Positions 28,965 to 38,194 of a stretch of 64,000 nucleotides of DNA are shown piece by piece. The stretch lies in assembly GCA_034434515.1 (NCBI GenBank), contig DAOTZA010000229.1:6490-70489 (forward strand). Reading direction: 5' to 3'. Position 1 is the first letter of the stretch. The number at the start of each line of letters is the position of its first letter. Both the position numbers and the translations under genes were made by a program. Source of the DNA: Anaerolineales bacterium (GTDB lineage: Bacteria > Chloroflexota > Anaerolineae > Anaerolineales > UBA4823). The notes under the pieces were generated by a model. It searched no databases. It was given only the letters and a program-made list of their open reading frames with translations, and had not been told where the DNA came from.

Positions 28965-29630
28965 TTAGGGGATGTAGAGTTCTTGTCCAACCTTAAGGTT
29001 GGCGTTTAACTTCAGCCCATTTGCATCGGCGATGTCTTCAGGCCATACATCTCCAAATTGACAGGCAATGGTGAATAGAGTATCCCCTGACTGAACCGTA
29101 TAGGTGGTGGGGTGTTTTTTGAGAGAACGATCGCCAGGAAAAGACCCAGAACGTGGAATGGTTAAAACGGTGCCAGTAGGATAGGAGCCACTGGTTGATA
29201 ATCCGCTTAATTGAAGCATAGTAATCGGGTTCACGTTAAACCTTCTGGCGATGCAATAGGGATGTTCGCCTTTGCGCAAGGTATAGGTTTTGGGGATGGG
29301 GCGCTGTTTGAGAGTGAATTGAGGCGCCGGTTTTGGTTCACTTTGTGGGGAGGCCTCCGTTGGTTGTGGAGCAACCTGGGTAGGCTCGGGGCTGGGAGGT
29401 TCAGTGGGTGGTTCTGCGGGTTCCTGAGTTGCGGAAGGCGCATTCATCGCAATGGCTGTCTGGGTTGCAAAAGCAGATAATTGTCCAAAAACATCTTCGG
29501 TCGAACCCGGTAATGGAAACTCTGAGGTAGGCGTTGCTTGGGGAGCTTTGGAGGCTGAACGTACACAGGCCGATAAAGCCAGAACGGATAGAATGGCAAG
29601 CACAATCAACAGGATTAATTTTCTTGACAT
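28965..29630 (-). CDS. LysM peptidoglycan-binding lipoprotein (two LysM domains)
   Basis: Lipobox LSAC, Pro/Thr linker, then YTLRKGE...IARRF and YTVQSGDTLFTIA...IADANGL. SD GGAG precedes the start at 29630. Confidence 0.87.
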   Translation of the reverse strand: MSRKLILLIVLAILSVLALSACVRSASKAPQATPTSEFPLPGSTEDVFGQLSAFATQTAIAMNAPSATQEPAEPPTEPPSPEPTQVAPQPTEASPQSEPKPAPQFTLKQRPIPKTYTLRKGEHPYCIARRFNVNPITMLQLSGLSTSGSYPTGTVLTIPRSGSFPGDRSLKKHPTTYTVQSGDTLFTIACQFGDVWPEDIADANGLKLNANLKVGQELYIP

Positions 29631-29829
29631 TTTGGTCTCCTTACAGGCGTTACCGCAACTCCGATAGTTTTCGATTGATTTGAATGACTTCTTATAGTAC
29701 ATACTAGCACAATCTTAGCATTGCGTCAAGCAAATTGCATAAAATAATGCGAAAAAAGCAAGGATTTACTTTCATTTTTGTTTGAGATGACTTAAATGAG
29801 CTTTTCAAACATCTGGTGACTCCTTTCTT

Positions 29830-29847
29830 TTGTAAAGAATTTCACAA
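29830..29847. promoter_or_regulatory. Candidate Rex (NADH/NAD+ sensor) operator
   Basis: TTGTAAA-GAAT-TTCACAA has one mismatch to TTGTGAA-N4-TTCACAA and lies upstream of korD. Confidence 0.65.
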
Positions 29848-29953
29848 AATGTTCTTTTTGTACCCTGAAGAACAGGAGTTTTGTCGCTTTCCTTAACCTT
29901 GAATCCTATATAAAATAGAGAAAGATTGTCTAATAATAGGGAAGCGAGGTGGC

Positions 29954-30214
29954 ATGGACCAAAATCAGAAATCCGAAGTCAGCCTACAAACCTCTGAAGC
30001 AACAAAAAAGAAACCACGTGGACAGGTAATTATCTTTGCTCGTTGGTGTAAAGGCTGTCATTTATGTGTGGAGTTTTGTCCAACGGGGGTGCTTGCCATG
30101 GGCGAGGACGAAATCCCCTATGTTGCTGTGCCAGAAAATTGTACGGCTTGCCATTGGTGTGATACTCATTGTCCGGATTTAGCGATCGTTGTTAAGCCCA
30201 TTAATGATGAATAA
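29954..30214 (+). CDS. korD: 2[4Fe-4S] ferredoxin, delta subunit of 2-oxoacid:ferredoxin oxidoreductase
   Basis: CKGCHLCVEFCP and CTACHWCDTHCPD. Confidence 0.9.
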   Translation: MDQNQKSEVSLQTSEATKKKPRGQVIIFARWCKGCHLCVEFCPTGVLAMGEDEIPYVAVPENCTACHWCDTHCPDLAIVVKPINDE

Positions 30215-30235
30215 GATGGTAAAAGGAGGTGGGGG

Positions 30236-31357
30236 ATGACAGTTCGTTTAATGCAAGGAAACGAGGCAGTTGGCTGGGGAGCCATTGCGGCGGGTTGTCG
30301 TTTTTATGCCGGCTATCCCATTACCCCATCCACGGAAATTGCGGAAATGCTCTCCCGCGAATTACCTAAGCTGGGGGGAATTTTCATTCAGATGGAAGAT
30401 GAGATAGCCAGCTTAGCTGCCTGTATTGGGGCGTCGGTGGGAGGACTGAAGGCAATGACTGCCACCAGCGGGCCTGGATTTTCCTTAATGCAGGAGCACA
30501 TCGGTTATGCTGCCATGGCAGAAGTCCCATGTGTGATTGTAAACGTTCAGCGCCTGGGTCCAAGCACCGGACAACCGACCAGCCCTTCTCAAGGCGATGT
30601 TATGCAAGCGCGCTGGGGAACACATGGCGATCATCCCATCATCGTCTTATATCCAACCTCGGTGCCAGAAGCTTTTGACCTGACCGTTACTGCTTTCAAT
30701 ATGGCTGAAAAGTATCGCACGCCGGTGATCTTGTTGATGGACGAAGTAGTCGGTCACATGCGAGAGCGATTTGAGTCTCCAGCCATGGAAGAGATACAGG
30801 TTGTTGATCGAATGGGAACCGATGTTCCTCCTGAATGGTATAAACCCTTTGGGGACACAATCAGTGATGTTCCCCCCATGCCGAGTTTTGGCTCAGGATA
30901 TCGATATCATATTACCGGCTTATATCATGATCCCATGGGATATCCCACCCAACGGCTGGACGAGATTACCCCCTGGATCGAACGGGTGCATCGGAAAATT
31001 AACGGCCATTTGGAGGACATTCTTTTATACAAAGAAGAGAATCTCGAGGAAGCCAATACGGTAATTGTCGCTTATGGCGCAACCGCGCGCAGTGCCCGCC
31101 ATGCTATGAAACTGGCTCGTCAGCATCGACACCATGTTGGCATGGTGACGCTTTATACAATTTGGCCGTTTCCTGAAGAAGTGATCCAGAGAGTGGGGCG
31201 GATTGCACGGCGGATTGTTGTACCTGAGATGAATTTGGGACAGTTAGCCCTTGAGGTCGAGCGATTGGTTGGTCGCCATAAGGTTATTCGGGTGAACCGG
31301 GCGGATGGTGAAATGATTTCGCCCCAGATGATCCTGGATGCGTTGGAAGGAGCTTAA
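30236..31357 (+). CDS. korA: 2-oxoacid:ferredoxin oxidoreductase alpha subunit
   Basis: GNEA, AGYPITPSTE, QMEDE, ATSGPGFSLM and QRLGPSTG. Confidence 0.92.
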   Translation: MTVRLMQGNEAVGWGAIAAGCRFYAGYPITPSTEIAEMLSRELPKLGGIFIQMEDEIASLAACIGASVGGLKAMTATSGPGFSLMQEHIGYAAMAEVPCVIVNVQRLGPSTGQPTSPSQGDVMQARWGTHGDHPIIVLYPTSVPEAFDLTVTAFNMAEKYRTPVILLMDEVVGHMRERFESPAMEEIQVVDRMGTDVPPEWYKPFGDTISDVPPMPSFGSGYRYHITGLYHDPMGYPTQRLDEITPWIERVHRKINGHLEDILLYKEENLEEANTVIVAYGATARSARHAMKLARQHRHHVGMVTLYTIWPFPEEVIQRVGRIARRIVVPEMNLGQLALEVERLVGRHKVIRVNRADGEMISPQMILDALEGA

Positions 31358-31359
31358 GC

Positions 31360-32232
31360 ATGGCAAAAAGTGAGCATACGGCATATGCCTATCTGCGGAC
31401 AACCAAAAAGTTTCCCAATATCTGGTGTGCGGGGTGTGGTATTGGTATTGTAATGGGTGCGCTTATTCGGGCGATTGACCGTATTGGCCTGGACAAAGAT
31501 GACGTAGCAGTTGTTTCCGGTATTGGTTGTTCGGGAAGAATGCCGGTTTATTTAGATTTCAATACAATGCATACCACTCACGGGCGGGCATTAGCCTTTG
31601 CGACGGGCTTGAAACTCGCCCAACCGAAATTGCATGTCATTGTTGTGATGGGGGATGGAGATGCGCTGGCGATTGGAGGAAATCACTTCATTCATGCCGC
31701 GCGGCGCAACATTGATCTGACTGCGATTGTGATTAATAATGCCATCTATGGTATGACTGGAGGCCAGTATAGCCCGACAACACCTCTTGAGATGCGGGCT
31801 GCTACAGCACCCTATGGACATGTGGAGCCGCCCTTTCCAATCTGTGAACTCTCGATTGCGGCTGGAGCCACCTTCGTTGCCCGGAGTACGGTATATCATG
31901 CCGTCGAACTGGACAAGCTCATTGAAAAAGCGATTCGCAAAGTTGGATTCAGTGTGGTCGAAGCAGTCAGTTACTGTCATACGACCTATGGACGAATGAA
32001 CAAAATGGGCAGTGCCGTGGATATGATGCGTATACTGAAAGATCACAGCATTTCACTGGCAGCAGCCGAAAAACTGATGCCAGAGGAACGGGCAATGAAG
32101 ATCGTCCGCGGCGTGCTGCACGATGTGGAAAAACCAGATTATCTAACTCTGTATAACCGGGTCATCGAACGAGCGAAGGCAACGATCAGCGGAAAGGAAT
32201 TTCTCCGCGCCGGCCCAGGAGGTTTGGAATGA
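31360..32232 (+). CDS. korB: 2-oxoacid:ferredoxin oxidoreductase beta subunit
   Basis: WCAGCG, SGIGCS, HGRA, TPP motif GDGD...NN and GMTGGQYSPTT. Confidence 0.92.
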   Translation: MAKSEHTAYAYLRTTKKFPNIWCAGCGIGIVMGALIRAIDRIGLDKDDVAVVSGIGCSGRMPVYLDFNTMHTTHGRALAFATGLKLAQPKLHVIVVMGDGDALAIGGNHFIHAARRNIDLTAIVINNAIYGMTGGQYSPTTPLEMRAATAPYGHVEPPFPICELSIAAGATFVARSTVYHAVELDKLIEKAIRKVGFSVVEAVSYCHTTYGRMNKMGSAVDMMRILKDHSISLAAAEKLMPEERAMKIVRGVLHDVEKPDYLTLYNRVIERAKATISGKEFLRAGPGGLE

Positions 32233-32801
32233 AAGCCAAAGATCACAACGGAAGAATTGAAATTCGCTTGGCTGGGGAAGGTGGTCAGGGAATGATCCTG
32301 GCAGGGGTGATTTTGGCAGAAGCGGCTGCAATTTACGATGGAAAAAATGTTGTCCAGACCCAAACCTACGGTCCTGAAGCGCGGGGTGGGGCAAGCAAAG
32401 CTGAGGTAGTGATTAGTAATGAACCGATTGATTACCCTGAGGTAATATCAGCAGATGTGTTAGTAGCTATGAGTCAGGAGGCCTGTGACAAATATGCCTC
32501 CAACTTGAAAAAAGACGGTTTGCTCATTGTTGATATTGACAAAGTCAAGCGGGTGCCGCTAACCAGTGCGATTAAGATTCCTATCACACGGGCGGCCATT
32601 GAATCATCCGGCAAGGCGATTACTGCCAATGTGGTCGCTTTGGGAGTGTTAGTTGGCTTAACAGGCATTGTAAGTCGAGAAGCCATCGAAAAAGCCATTC
32701 TGGCGCGGGCGCCAAAAGGTACAGAGGAAATGAACTATAAGGCGCTGGAGCGCGGTTTTGCAGAAGCAGAAGCGTTGCTAACGATAAAGCAGAAAGCCTA
32801 A
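32229..32801 (+). CDS. korC: 2-oxoacid:ferredoxin oxidoreductase gamma subunit
   Basis: GEGGQGMILAG and YGPEARGGAS. Confidence 0.92.
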   Translation: MKAKDHNGRIEIRLAGEGGQGMILAGVILAEAAAIYDGKNVVQTQTYGPEARGGASKAEVVISNEPIDYPEVISADVLVAMSQEACDKYASNLKKDGLLIVDIDKVKRVPLTSAIKIPITRAAIESSGKAITANVVALGVLVGLTGIVSREAIEKAILARAPKGTEEMNYKALERGFAEAEALLTIKQKA

Positions 32802-33335
32802 CATCGCCGTTACGACAACGATCACGGCCGGGTTGATTTTGGTGAACGTCAGAGTTGCAAAAACAGCCATGGCAATGATGGCTTTATCTAGACCGTGAGA
32901 GATTGCTGTCTGCCAACCAAGTTTCTTTACCCCCCAAACGGTATATGCCATGTCGTACGCTGTCCATAACAGCAACCCTACCACTGCCGGCCGGACGGCT
33001 TTTAACATCGCCTGCACGGTTTGGCTATCTTTGACACCATAGAAAAAGACTATCATCACTAACATGAGGACTGTCGTTGGGAAGACAGTGCCAAAGGCTG
33101 CAGCAATTGCGCCAGGGATGCCGGCGAGTTTGTAACCGACAAAAGCCGAAACCTGAGGAGCGATTGGCCCGGGTAAAGCATTTCCGACTGCCACTGCATC
33201 GGCAAATTCTTCGGAAGTCACCCAGCCTGCTGTGGTTGTTTCGCGTTGCATCAGGGCAAGAGAAGCGGGTCCACCACCCCAGGAGAACATTGCCACACGG
33301 GTAAAGAGTACGAAGATATCCCACAGAGTTGCCAT
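32778..33335 (-). CDS. Short-chain (monodomain) chromate transporter CHR family
   Basis: SWGGG, ALPGPIA, GYKLAG and RPAVVGL. The 3' end overlaps korC by 24 bp. Confidence 0.82.
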   Translation of the reverse strand: MATLWDIFVLFTRVAMFSWGGGPASLALMQRETTTAGWVTSEEFADAVAVGNALPGPIAPQVSAFVGYKLAGIPGAIAAAFGTVFPTTVLMLVMIVFFYGVKDSQTVQAMLKAVRPAVVGLLLWTAYDMAYTVWGVKKLGWQTAISHGLDKAIIAMAVFATLTFTKINPAVIVVVTAMLGFLLYR

Positions 33336-33452
33336 ATTGCTCCTTCATTAAAGTAATTTGGATGGGAGAATTTTAGCACAAGCCAGAAGAAGTCTGACGA
33401 TCCTATTTGGTGTGTTAAATGTGGGCAAGGCAGGGGTGACATCCTATAACGG

Positions 33453-33495
33453 AGAAGCCATGCTCTTTTTTTAATGAAATCAGAGCATGGCTTCT
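33453..33495. terminator. 14-bp hairpin downstream of the HMGR-HMGS-DUF35 genes
   Basis: AGAAGCCATGCTCT-15 nt-AGAGCATGGCTTCT. Confidence 0.6.
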
Positions 33496-33529
33496 GATTT
33501 GATCGGAATAAGGGTTAATTTGAAGGTTA

Positions 33530-33934
33530 TTAACTTGCTTGCAAAACGGGTCGGAACTTGTATCCGTAAATGATCATGCCGCGTTCATCGCCATCGGTGC
33601 GGATTTTGCGGGTGACCATTTCGACTGGCATACCAATTTTCACCTCTTTGCCATTTACATCAGTTAATTGAGCGGTGACAATCGGGCCTTCTTCGAGTCT
33701 GACCAGTGCGACGGTATAAGGGGTATATTCTTCAAATCCGGCAGGTGGCTCGTATATTGTTGCAAAGGAATAGACTTCCCCGCGGCCGCTGAACTGATAA
33801 GGTTCACGGGCGTCCTTACCGCATTCAGGGCAGACATCGCGCGGGGGGAATAGTTTGGCGTCACAATGAGGGCAAACTTCTCCCACTAACCCATATCTTT
33901 GCTGCCGTAATCTCCAATGACGAGGGATTTCCAT
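33530..33934 (-). CDS. DUF35 Zn-ribbon/OB-fold protein (acyl-CoA-binding scaffold)
   Basis: CPHC...FPPRDVCPEC, GEVYSFATI, PYTVALVRL and IGMPVEMV..K...YGYKF. SD AAGGAG. Confidence 0.9.
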   Translation of the reverse strand: MEIPRHWRLRQQRYGLVGEVCPHCDAKLFPPRDVCPECGKDAREPYQFSGRGEVYSFATIYEPPAGFEEYTPYTVALVRLEEGPIVTAQLTDVNGKEVKIGMPVEMVTRKIRTDGDERGMIIYGYKFRPVLQAS

Positions 33935-33996
33935 ACACATCTCCTTTTTCCCAATGTTCTTTTCTTCACATAGTATAGCGAAAATCAACTATCAAG

Positions 33997-34008
33997 AACT
34001 ATCAGCTT
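33997..34008. repeat. 12-bp direct repeat, copy 1 (AACTATCAGCTT)
   Basis: Exact copy at 36414-36425. A partial copy AACTATCA lies at 33987-33994. Confidence 0.75.
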
Positions 34009-35090
34009 TATTTCATCGTTAGCTTGCCGCGTTGACGGACATATTGCGCGTAATCGATAGGCACTCGCCGGGCAATATAATCTCTGGTTTTCAGGGCTAA
34101 ATCACGGCGTTCCCGGATCGCATCGGTGACCAGGATAGAAAAGGCGTCTGAACCTGCACCCGAGCCAAAAGATACAACCAGGATTCGATCACCTGGATCA
34201 GCTATATCGAGGATGGCTGTAAGCCCAATGATTGCCGCTCCAGCATAGGTGTTGCCAATGCTACCGACCAGTAAACCGGGTGCAATCTGTTCTTGTCTGA
34301 ACCCAAGCTGAGCTGCGACTTTCTGGGGGAATTTAAGATTCGGCTGATGAAAGACTGCATAGCGGTAGTCAGAGGGTTGGGTACCAGAAGCCTCTAGCAG
34401 GGTTTGGGCGGCGTTGGTGATGTGCTTGAAATAGGCTGGGTCACCGGTAAAGCGTTGAGCGTGTTCCGGGTATTTTTGATATTGGCGGCGAAAGAAGTCC
34501 GGCGTGTCGGTGACAAAAGAGTAGGTGTGTTCGACTATGGCGAGCGATGCTTCTGCTGGGCCAAAGACAAAAGCAGCCCCACCTGCTCCGGCAGTGTATT
34601 CGAGAGCATCGCCTGGTCTCCCTTGAGCAGTATCCATTCCGATTGCCATGGCGTAATCTGCCATGCCTGATCCGACAAAGGCGATAGCGGCCACCATGGC
34701 TTCGGTGCCGGCCTTACAAGCAAATTCCCAATCTCCAGCCTGGATATGCGGCGCGGCGCCGAGCGCTTCTGCCACAATTGTAGAAGTGGGTTTTACAGCA
34801 TATGGATGGGATTCTGAACCTACCCAAATGGCGCGTAGTTGATTTGCAGCGATGCGGGCGCGCTTCATTGCATTGCGGGCAGCTTCAATGGACATGGTGG
34901 CAACGTCTTCGTCCAGACCCGGGACGGATTTCTCTTTGATAGGTAAAGCAGCTTGTCCATCAGTCCACACCCGAGCCACTTCCATGGCTGGCAGGCGATA
35001 TTGGGGGACATAAGCGCCGTAGCCAACAATTCCAACGGCGCGATGGGGTTTTAGAAGCAGGTTTTTAGATTTGGGTTCAGATTGGTTCAC
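34008..35090 (-). CDS. Hydroxymethylglutaryl-CoA synthase, archaeal type
   Basis: [17 protein letters not shown] (catalytic E), [18 protein letters not shown] (catalytic C), HQPN and SFGSGAGSD. About 350 aa, the archaeal length. Confidence 0.9.
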   Translation of the reverse strand: MNQSEPKSKNLLLKPHRAVGIVGYGAYVPQYRLPAMEVARVWTDGQAALPIKEKSVPGLDEDVATMSIEAARNAMKRARIAANQLRAIWVGSESHPYAVKPTSTIVAEALGAAPHIQAGDWEFACKAGTEAMVAAIAFVGSGMADYAMAIGMDTAQGRPGDALEYTAGAGGAAFVFGPAEASLAIVEHTYSFVTDTPDFFRRQYQKYPEHAQRFTGDPAYFKHITNAAQTLLEASGTQPSDYRYAVFHQPNLKFPQKVAAQLGFRQEQIAPGLLVGSIGNTYAGAAIIGLTAILDIADPGDRILVVSFGSGAGSDAFSILVTDAIRERRDLALKTRDYIARRVPIDYAQYVRQRGKLTMK

Positions 35091-36382
35091 GATGACTTTC
35101 TCCAGGATTGTAAGATTTGTTGGGCAAAATCAATTCGGATATTTTGAGAGACTACCAGTTGGTGAGCTAATTTCTCGATCTCGTCACCTTGCGCGCCGGC
35201 TGCTATGGCTACCTGGCGGGCGTGAAGCGCCATATGACCGCGCTGAATGCCTTCAGTTGCCAATGCACGCAGAGCAGCCAGGTTTTGGGCTAACCCCACC
35301 GAGACGATAATCTCAGCTAATTCCTGAGCCGTTTCAACGCCCAGGAGTTTTAGGGCTAACTTTGCAGTGGGATGAACTTTGGTTGCACCTCCGACAATCC
35401 CAACAGCTAAAGGAAGTTCCAGGGTGCCAACCAGGTTTCCTTGGTCATCCTTCCCCCACTGACTGAGTGAGGTGTATTTTCCAGAGCGCGCTGCGTAAGC
35501 ATGAGCTCCGGCTTCAACGGCCCGCCAGTCGTTGCCGGTGGCAATCAGCACGGCATCGATTCCATTCATAATCCCCTTATTATGGGTGGCTGCCCGATAG
35601 GGGTCACTGGCCGCAAATGCCCAGGCAGCAATAATGCCATCTCTTGTAGCCTCGCCCGGAATGCTTTCTTGTTGGAGTTGCTCTGCCGGAATCACACAAG
35701 CTGCGCGAGCAAGGCGTTTATCTGCCAGATTGCTCAGGATACGCAGATGAACTTTGCCACCGCTAATTGACTCAATTAATGGGGTAAGCTTTTCAACGGC
35801 GGTGTTGATGGCGTTGGCTCCCATGGCGTCGCGTACATCCATGATCAAGTGCAGCACAAGGAACACGCCAATTGGCGAGTCTTCGATAACTCGAACTTCG
35901 ATGTCTTTGGGTCCGCCTCCAAGGTTTTGAAGAACTGGATCGCATTTTGCAGCTTCAGCAAGGATTGTTTCTTTTTCAGAAAGCAGACGATGGCGGGCAA
36001 GGTAAGGGTTTACCAGATCGAGGATTTGGATTTGACCAATCATCAAAGGCAGATCGGCTTGGGCGTGGAAGCCGCCGGTTTGGCGAGCGAGCTTCGCCAT
36101 GTAAGAGGCCCCGGCAACTACGGATGGCTCTTCAATGGCCATAGGTACGAGCACTTCCCGGCCATTAACAATGAAATTCAGTGCAATGCCTAATGGCAAT
36201 GGATGAATGCCAATCACATTTTCGATCATATGATCGGCAAGGTCCAGAGAGAATCCCGCCTGCCCGGCAAGGATCGAGAGATCTTTCTCCTCTAGCCATC
36301 CTTGCTGTACCAGTTGCTGCTGTCGTTCGGTTAGCGACAAATTATAGAAGCCAGATAAACGTGATGACTTTTTCAATCTCAT
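35087..36382 (-). CDS. mvaA: HMG-CoA reductase, class II
   Basis: [26 protein letters not shown] and QRGHMALH. Confidence 0.93.
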   Translation of the reverse strand: MRLKKSSRLSGFYNLSLTERQQQLVQQGWLEEKDLSILAGQAGFSLDLADHMIENVIGIHPLPLGIALNFIVNGREVLVPMAIEEPSVVAGASYMAKLARQTGGFHAQADLPLMIGQIQILDLVNPYLARHRLLSEKETILAEAAKCDPVLQNLGGGPKDIEVRVIEDSPIGVFLVLHLIMDVRDAMGANAINTAVEKLTPLIESISGGKVHLRILSNLADKRLARAACVIPAEQLQQESIPGEATRDGIIAAWAFAASDPYRAATHNKGIMNGIDAVLIATGNDWRAVEAGAHAYAARSGKYTSLSQWGKDDQGNLVGTLELPLAVGIVGGATKVHPTAKLALKLLGVETAQELAEIIVSVGLAQNLAALRALATEGIQRGHMALHARQVAIAAGAQGDEIEKLAHQLVVSQNIRIDFAQQILQSWRKSS

Positions 36383-36413
36383 GTCATCTTTTTACCCCCC
36401 TACTTCTGGCAAA

Positions 36414-36425
36414 AACTATCAGCTT
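36414..36425. repeat. 12-bp direct repeat, copy 2 (AACTATCAGCTT)
   Basis: Identical to 33997-34008; 31 nt upstream of the HMGR start. Confidence 0.75.
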
Positions 36426-36520
36426 GATGACTATTTATACCACGAGTCTGGATCGTGAAGCTAAAACATTGGGAAAACGACAAAAATAGTGTAAAATATT
36501 GTTTAAGGAACGGAAGGGAT

Positions 36521-38194
36521 ATGCCTATATTAACTCGGGAGCAGCTCGAAGAACGGTTGACTTCGTTACACCGGGTCAGTTTGGAACTGGTGAGTGATCT
36601 GTCTTTAGATACGGTTTTAGAACGAATTGTCCGCTTAGCACGAGAAGAAGTAGATGCGGATTATGCGGCTTTGGGGGTGTTTGACGAAGCCGGCAATCTG
36701 GTGCAATTCATCCCGATTGGGATGAATGAAGAGGAGATCAAGAGCATGCCATACCCTCCCAAAGGGTTGGGTTTATTGGGAGCATTAAAGCAGGAAAAAA
36801 AGACGCTACGGGTCAGTGATATCCAGAAAGACCCGCGTAGTGTTGGCTTTCCACCAGGCCATCCACCCATGCGTACCTTTTTAGGAGTGCCTATACTCTT
36901 TGGCGAACAGGTATTAGGGCAAATCTACTTAACCGATAAATTGGGTGGCGAGGAATTTACTGAACAAGATGAAAGGGTGATCGAAACACTGGCTGCCTAT
37001 GCGGGAGTTGCGATTAATAACGCCTGGCTCATTCGAGCCTTGACCGAACGCGACCGGACCCTGACAAAGAAAAATGAGGATTTGACGCTGATCAACACCG
37101 TAGCAGCCGCGATAACTCGCTCCCTGGATCTGGACGAGATTTTGCAGAAGACCCTTACCAGCGTAATGGAATACCTGAAGGTTGAAAATGGGGAGATTTT
37201 TTTGAAGGATGACAACGGGTCAGATTATCGCCTCGTTGCTCATCAAGGAAAATTTAACGGGCATTTATTTACCCGTGATGTATTTCGCATCGGGGAGGGA
37301 ATCGTTGGTGAGGTTGCCGAGAGCGGACAGCCATACATCAGTAAAAATGTTGGCAAAGAGGTGCGTTACCTGCGCCAAAAAGTCTTCGAGGAGGGCTGCC
37401 GTTGGGTAGCGGCCTTTCCCTTAATGGCTCGCGGCTCGGTTATTGGGGTCATGGTTGTGGCTCATCATCAGGAAATCGTTATCGAGACCCCACAAGCGGA
37501 GTTGTTAGAGGCGATCACCTCATGGGCGGGGATAACGATTGAAAATGTTGTTCTGCAACAGCAAGCCCAAAGGTTAGCTGTGCTAGAGGAACGCGAACGA
37601 ATTGGAATGGACCTCCACGATGGAATCATACAATCCATCTATGCTGTAGGGCTTGCCTTAGATTATGCTCGCGTTGCTTTGGATGAAGACCCACAGCAAG
37701 CAAAGCAAAAGATTGAGCAAGCAATTGATGGATTAAATAAGACCATCCGCGATATTCGCGCTTATATCCTCGACTTGCGACCGCGAGAGCTGTACGGTAA
37801 TAATTTGATCCAGAATCTGAACCGGTTGGTCGATGAATACCGGGTCAATACTTTGTCGGAGGCAACCCTGACTGCTCCTGAAGATGGATTGGTGGGATTG
37901 CCGGTTTCTCATGCAACAGCCTTGTTCCATATCTGTCAGGAAGCCCTGGCAAATGTTGCCAAACATGCGCATGCACGGCGAGTTGACGTGCGACTCTGGG
38001 CTACACGAGATCGGGTGTTGCTCGAAGTGGCAGACAATGGGGAGGGTTTTGATCTGCGGCAGATGAGCATCACATTGGGACATGGCTTGTCCAACATGCA
38101 TATTCGCGCCCGTAAGGTCGGGGGAGATGTGGAGATTACCTCAGCACCCGGAGAAGGGACGACCGTGCTGGCGTGGGTTCCGAGACGCAAGTGA
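36521..38194 (+). CDS. GAF-GAF sensor histidine kinase, DosS/DevS-like (HisKA_3)
   Basis: GFPPGHPPMRTFLGVP...YLTDK in GAF-A, a second GAF, ERERIGMDLHD H-box, EALANVAKH, DNGEGF and GHGL. Confidence 0.9.
   Translation: MPILTREQLEERLTSLHRVSLELVSDLSLDTVLERIVRLAREEVDADYAALGVFDEAGNLVQFIPIGMNEEEIKSMPYPPKGLGLLGALKQEKKTLRVSDIQKDPRSVGFPPGHPPMRTFLGVPILFGEQVLGQIYLTDKLGGEEFTEQDERVIETLAAYAGVAINNAWLIRALTERDRTLTKKNEDLTLINTVAAAITRSLDLDEILQKTLTSVMEYLKVENGEIFLKDDNGSDYRLVAHQGKFNGHLFTRDVFRIGEGIVGEVAESGQPYISKNVGKEVRYLRQKVFEEGCRWVAAFPLMARGSVIGVMVVAHHQEIVIETPQAELLEAITSWAGITIENVVLQQQAQRLAVLEERERIGMDLHDGIIQSIYAVGLALDYARVALDEDPQQAKQKIEQAIDGLNKTIRDIRAYILDLRPRELYGNNLIQNLNRLVDEYRVNTLSEATLTAPEDGLVGLPVSHATALFHICQEALANVAKHAHARRVDVRLWATRDRVLLEVADNGEGFDLRQMSITLGHGLSNMHIRARKVGGDVEITSAPGEGTTVLAWVPRRK

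Noticed and set aside
35087-36382. HMGR as a degradative (mevalonate-catabolic) enzyme
   Set aside because: It is coupled to HMG-CoA synthase rather than HMG-CoA lyase, which indicates biosynthesis.
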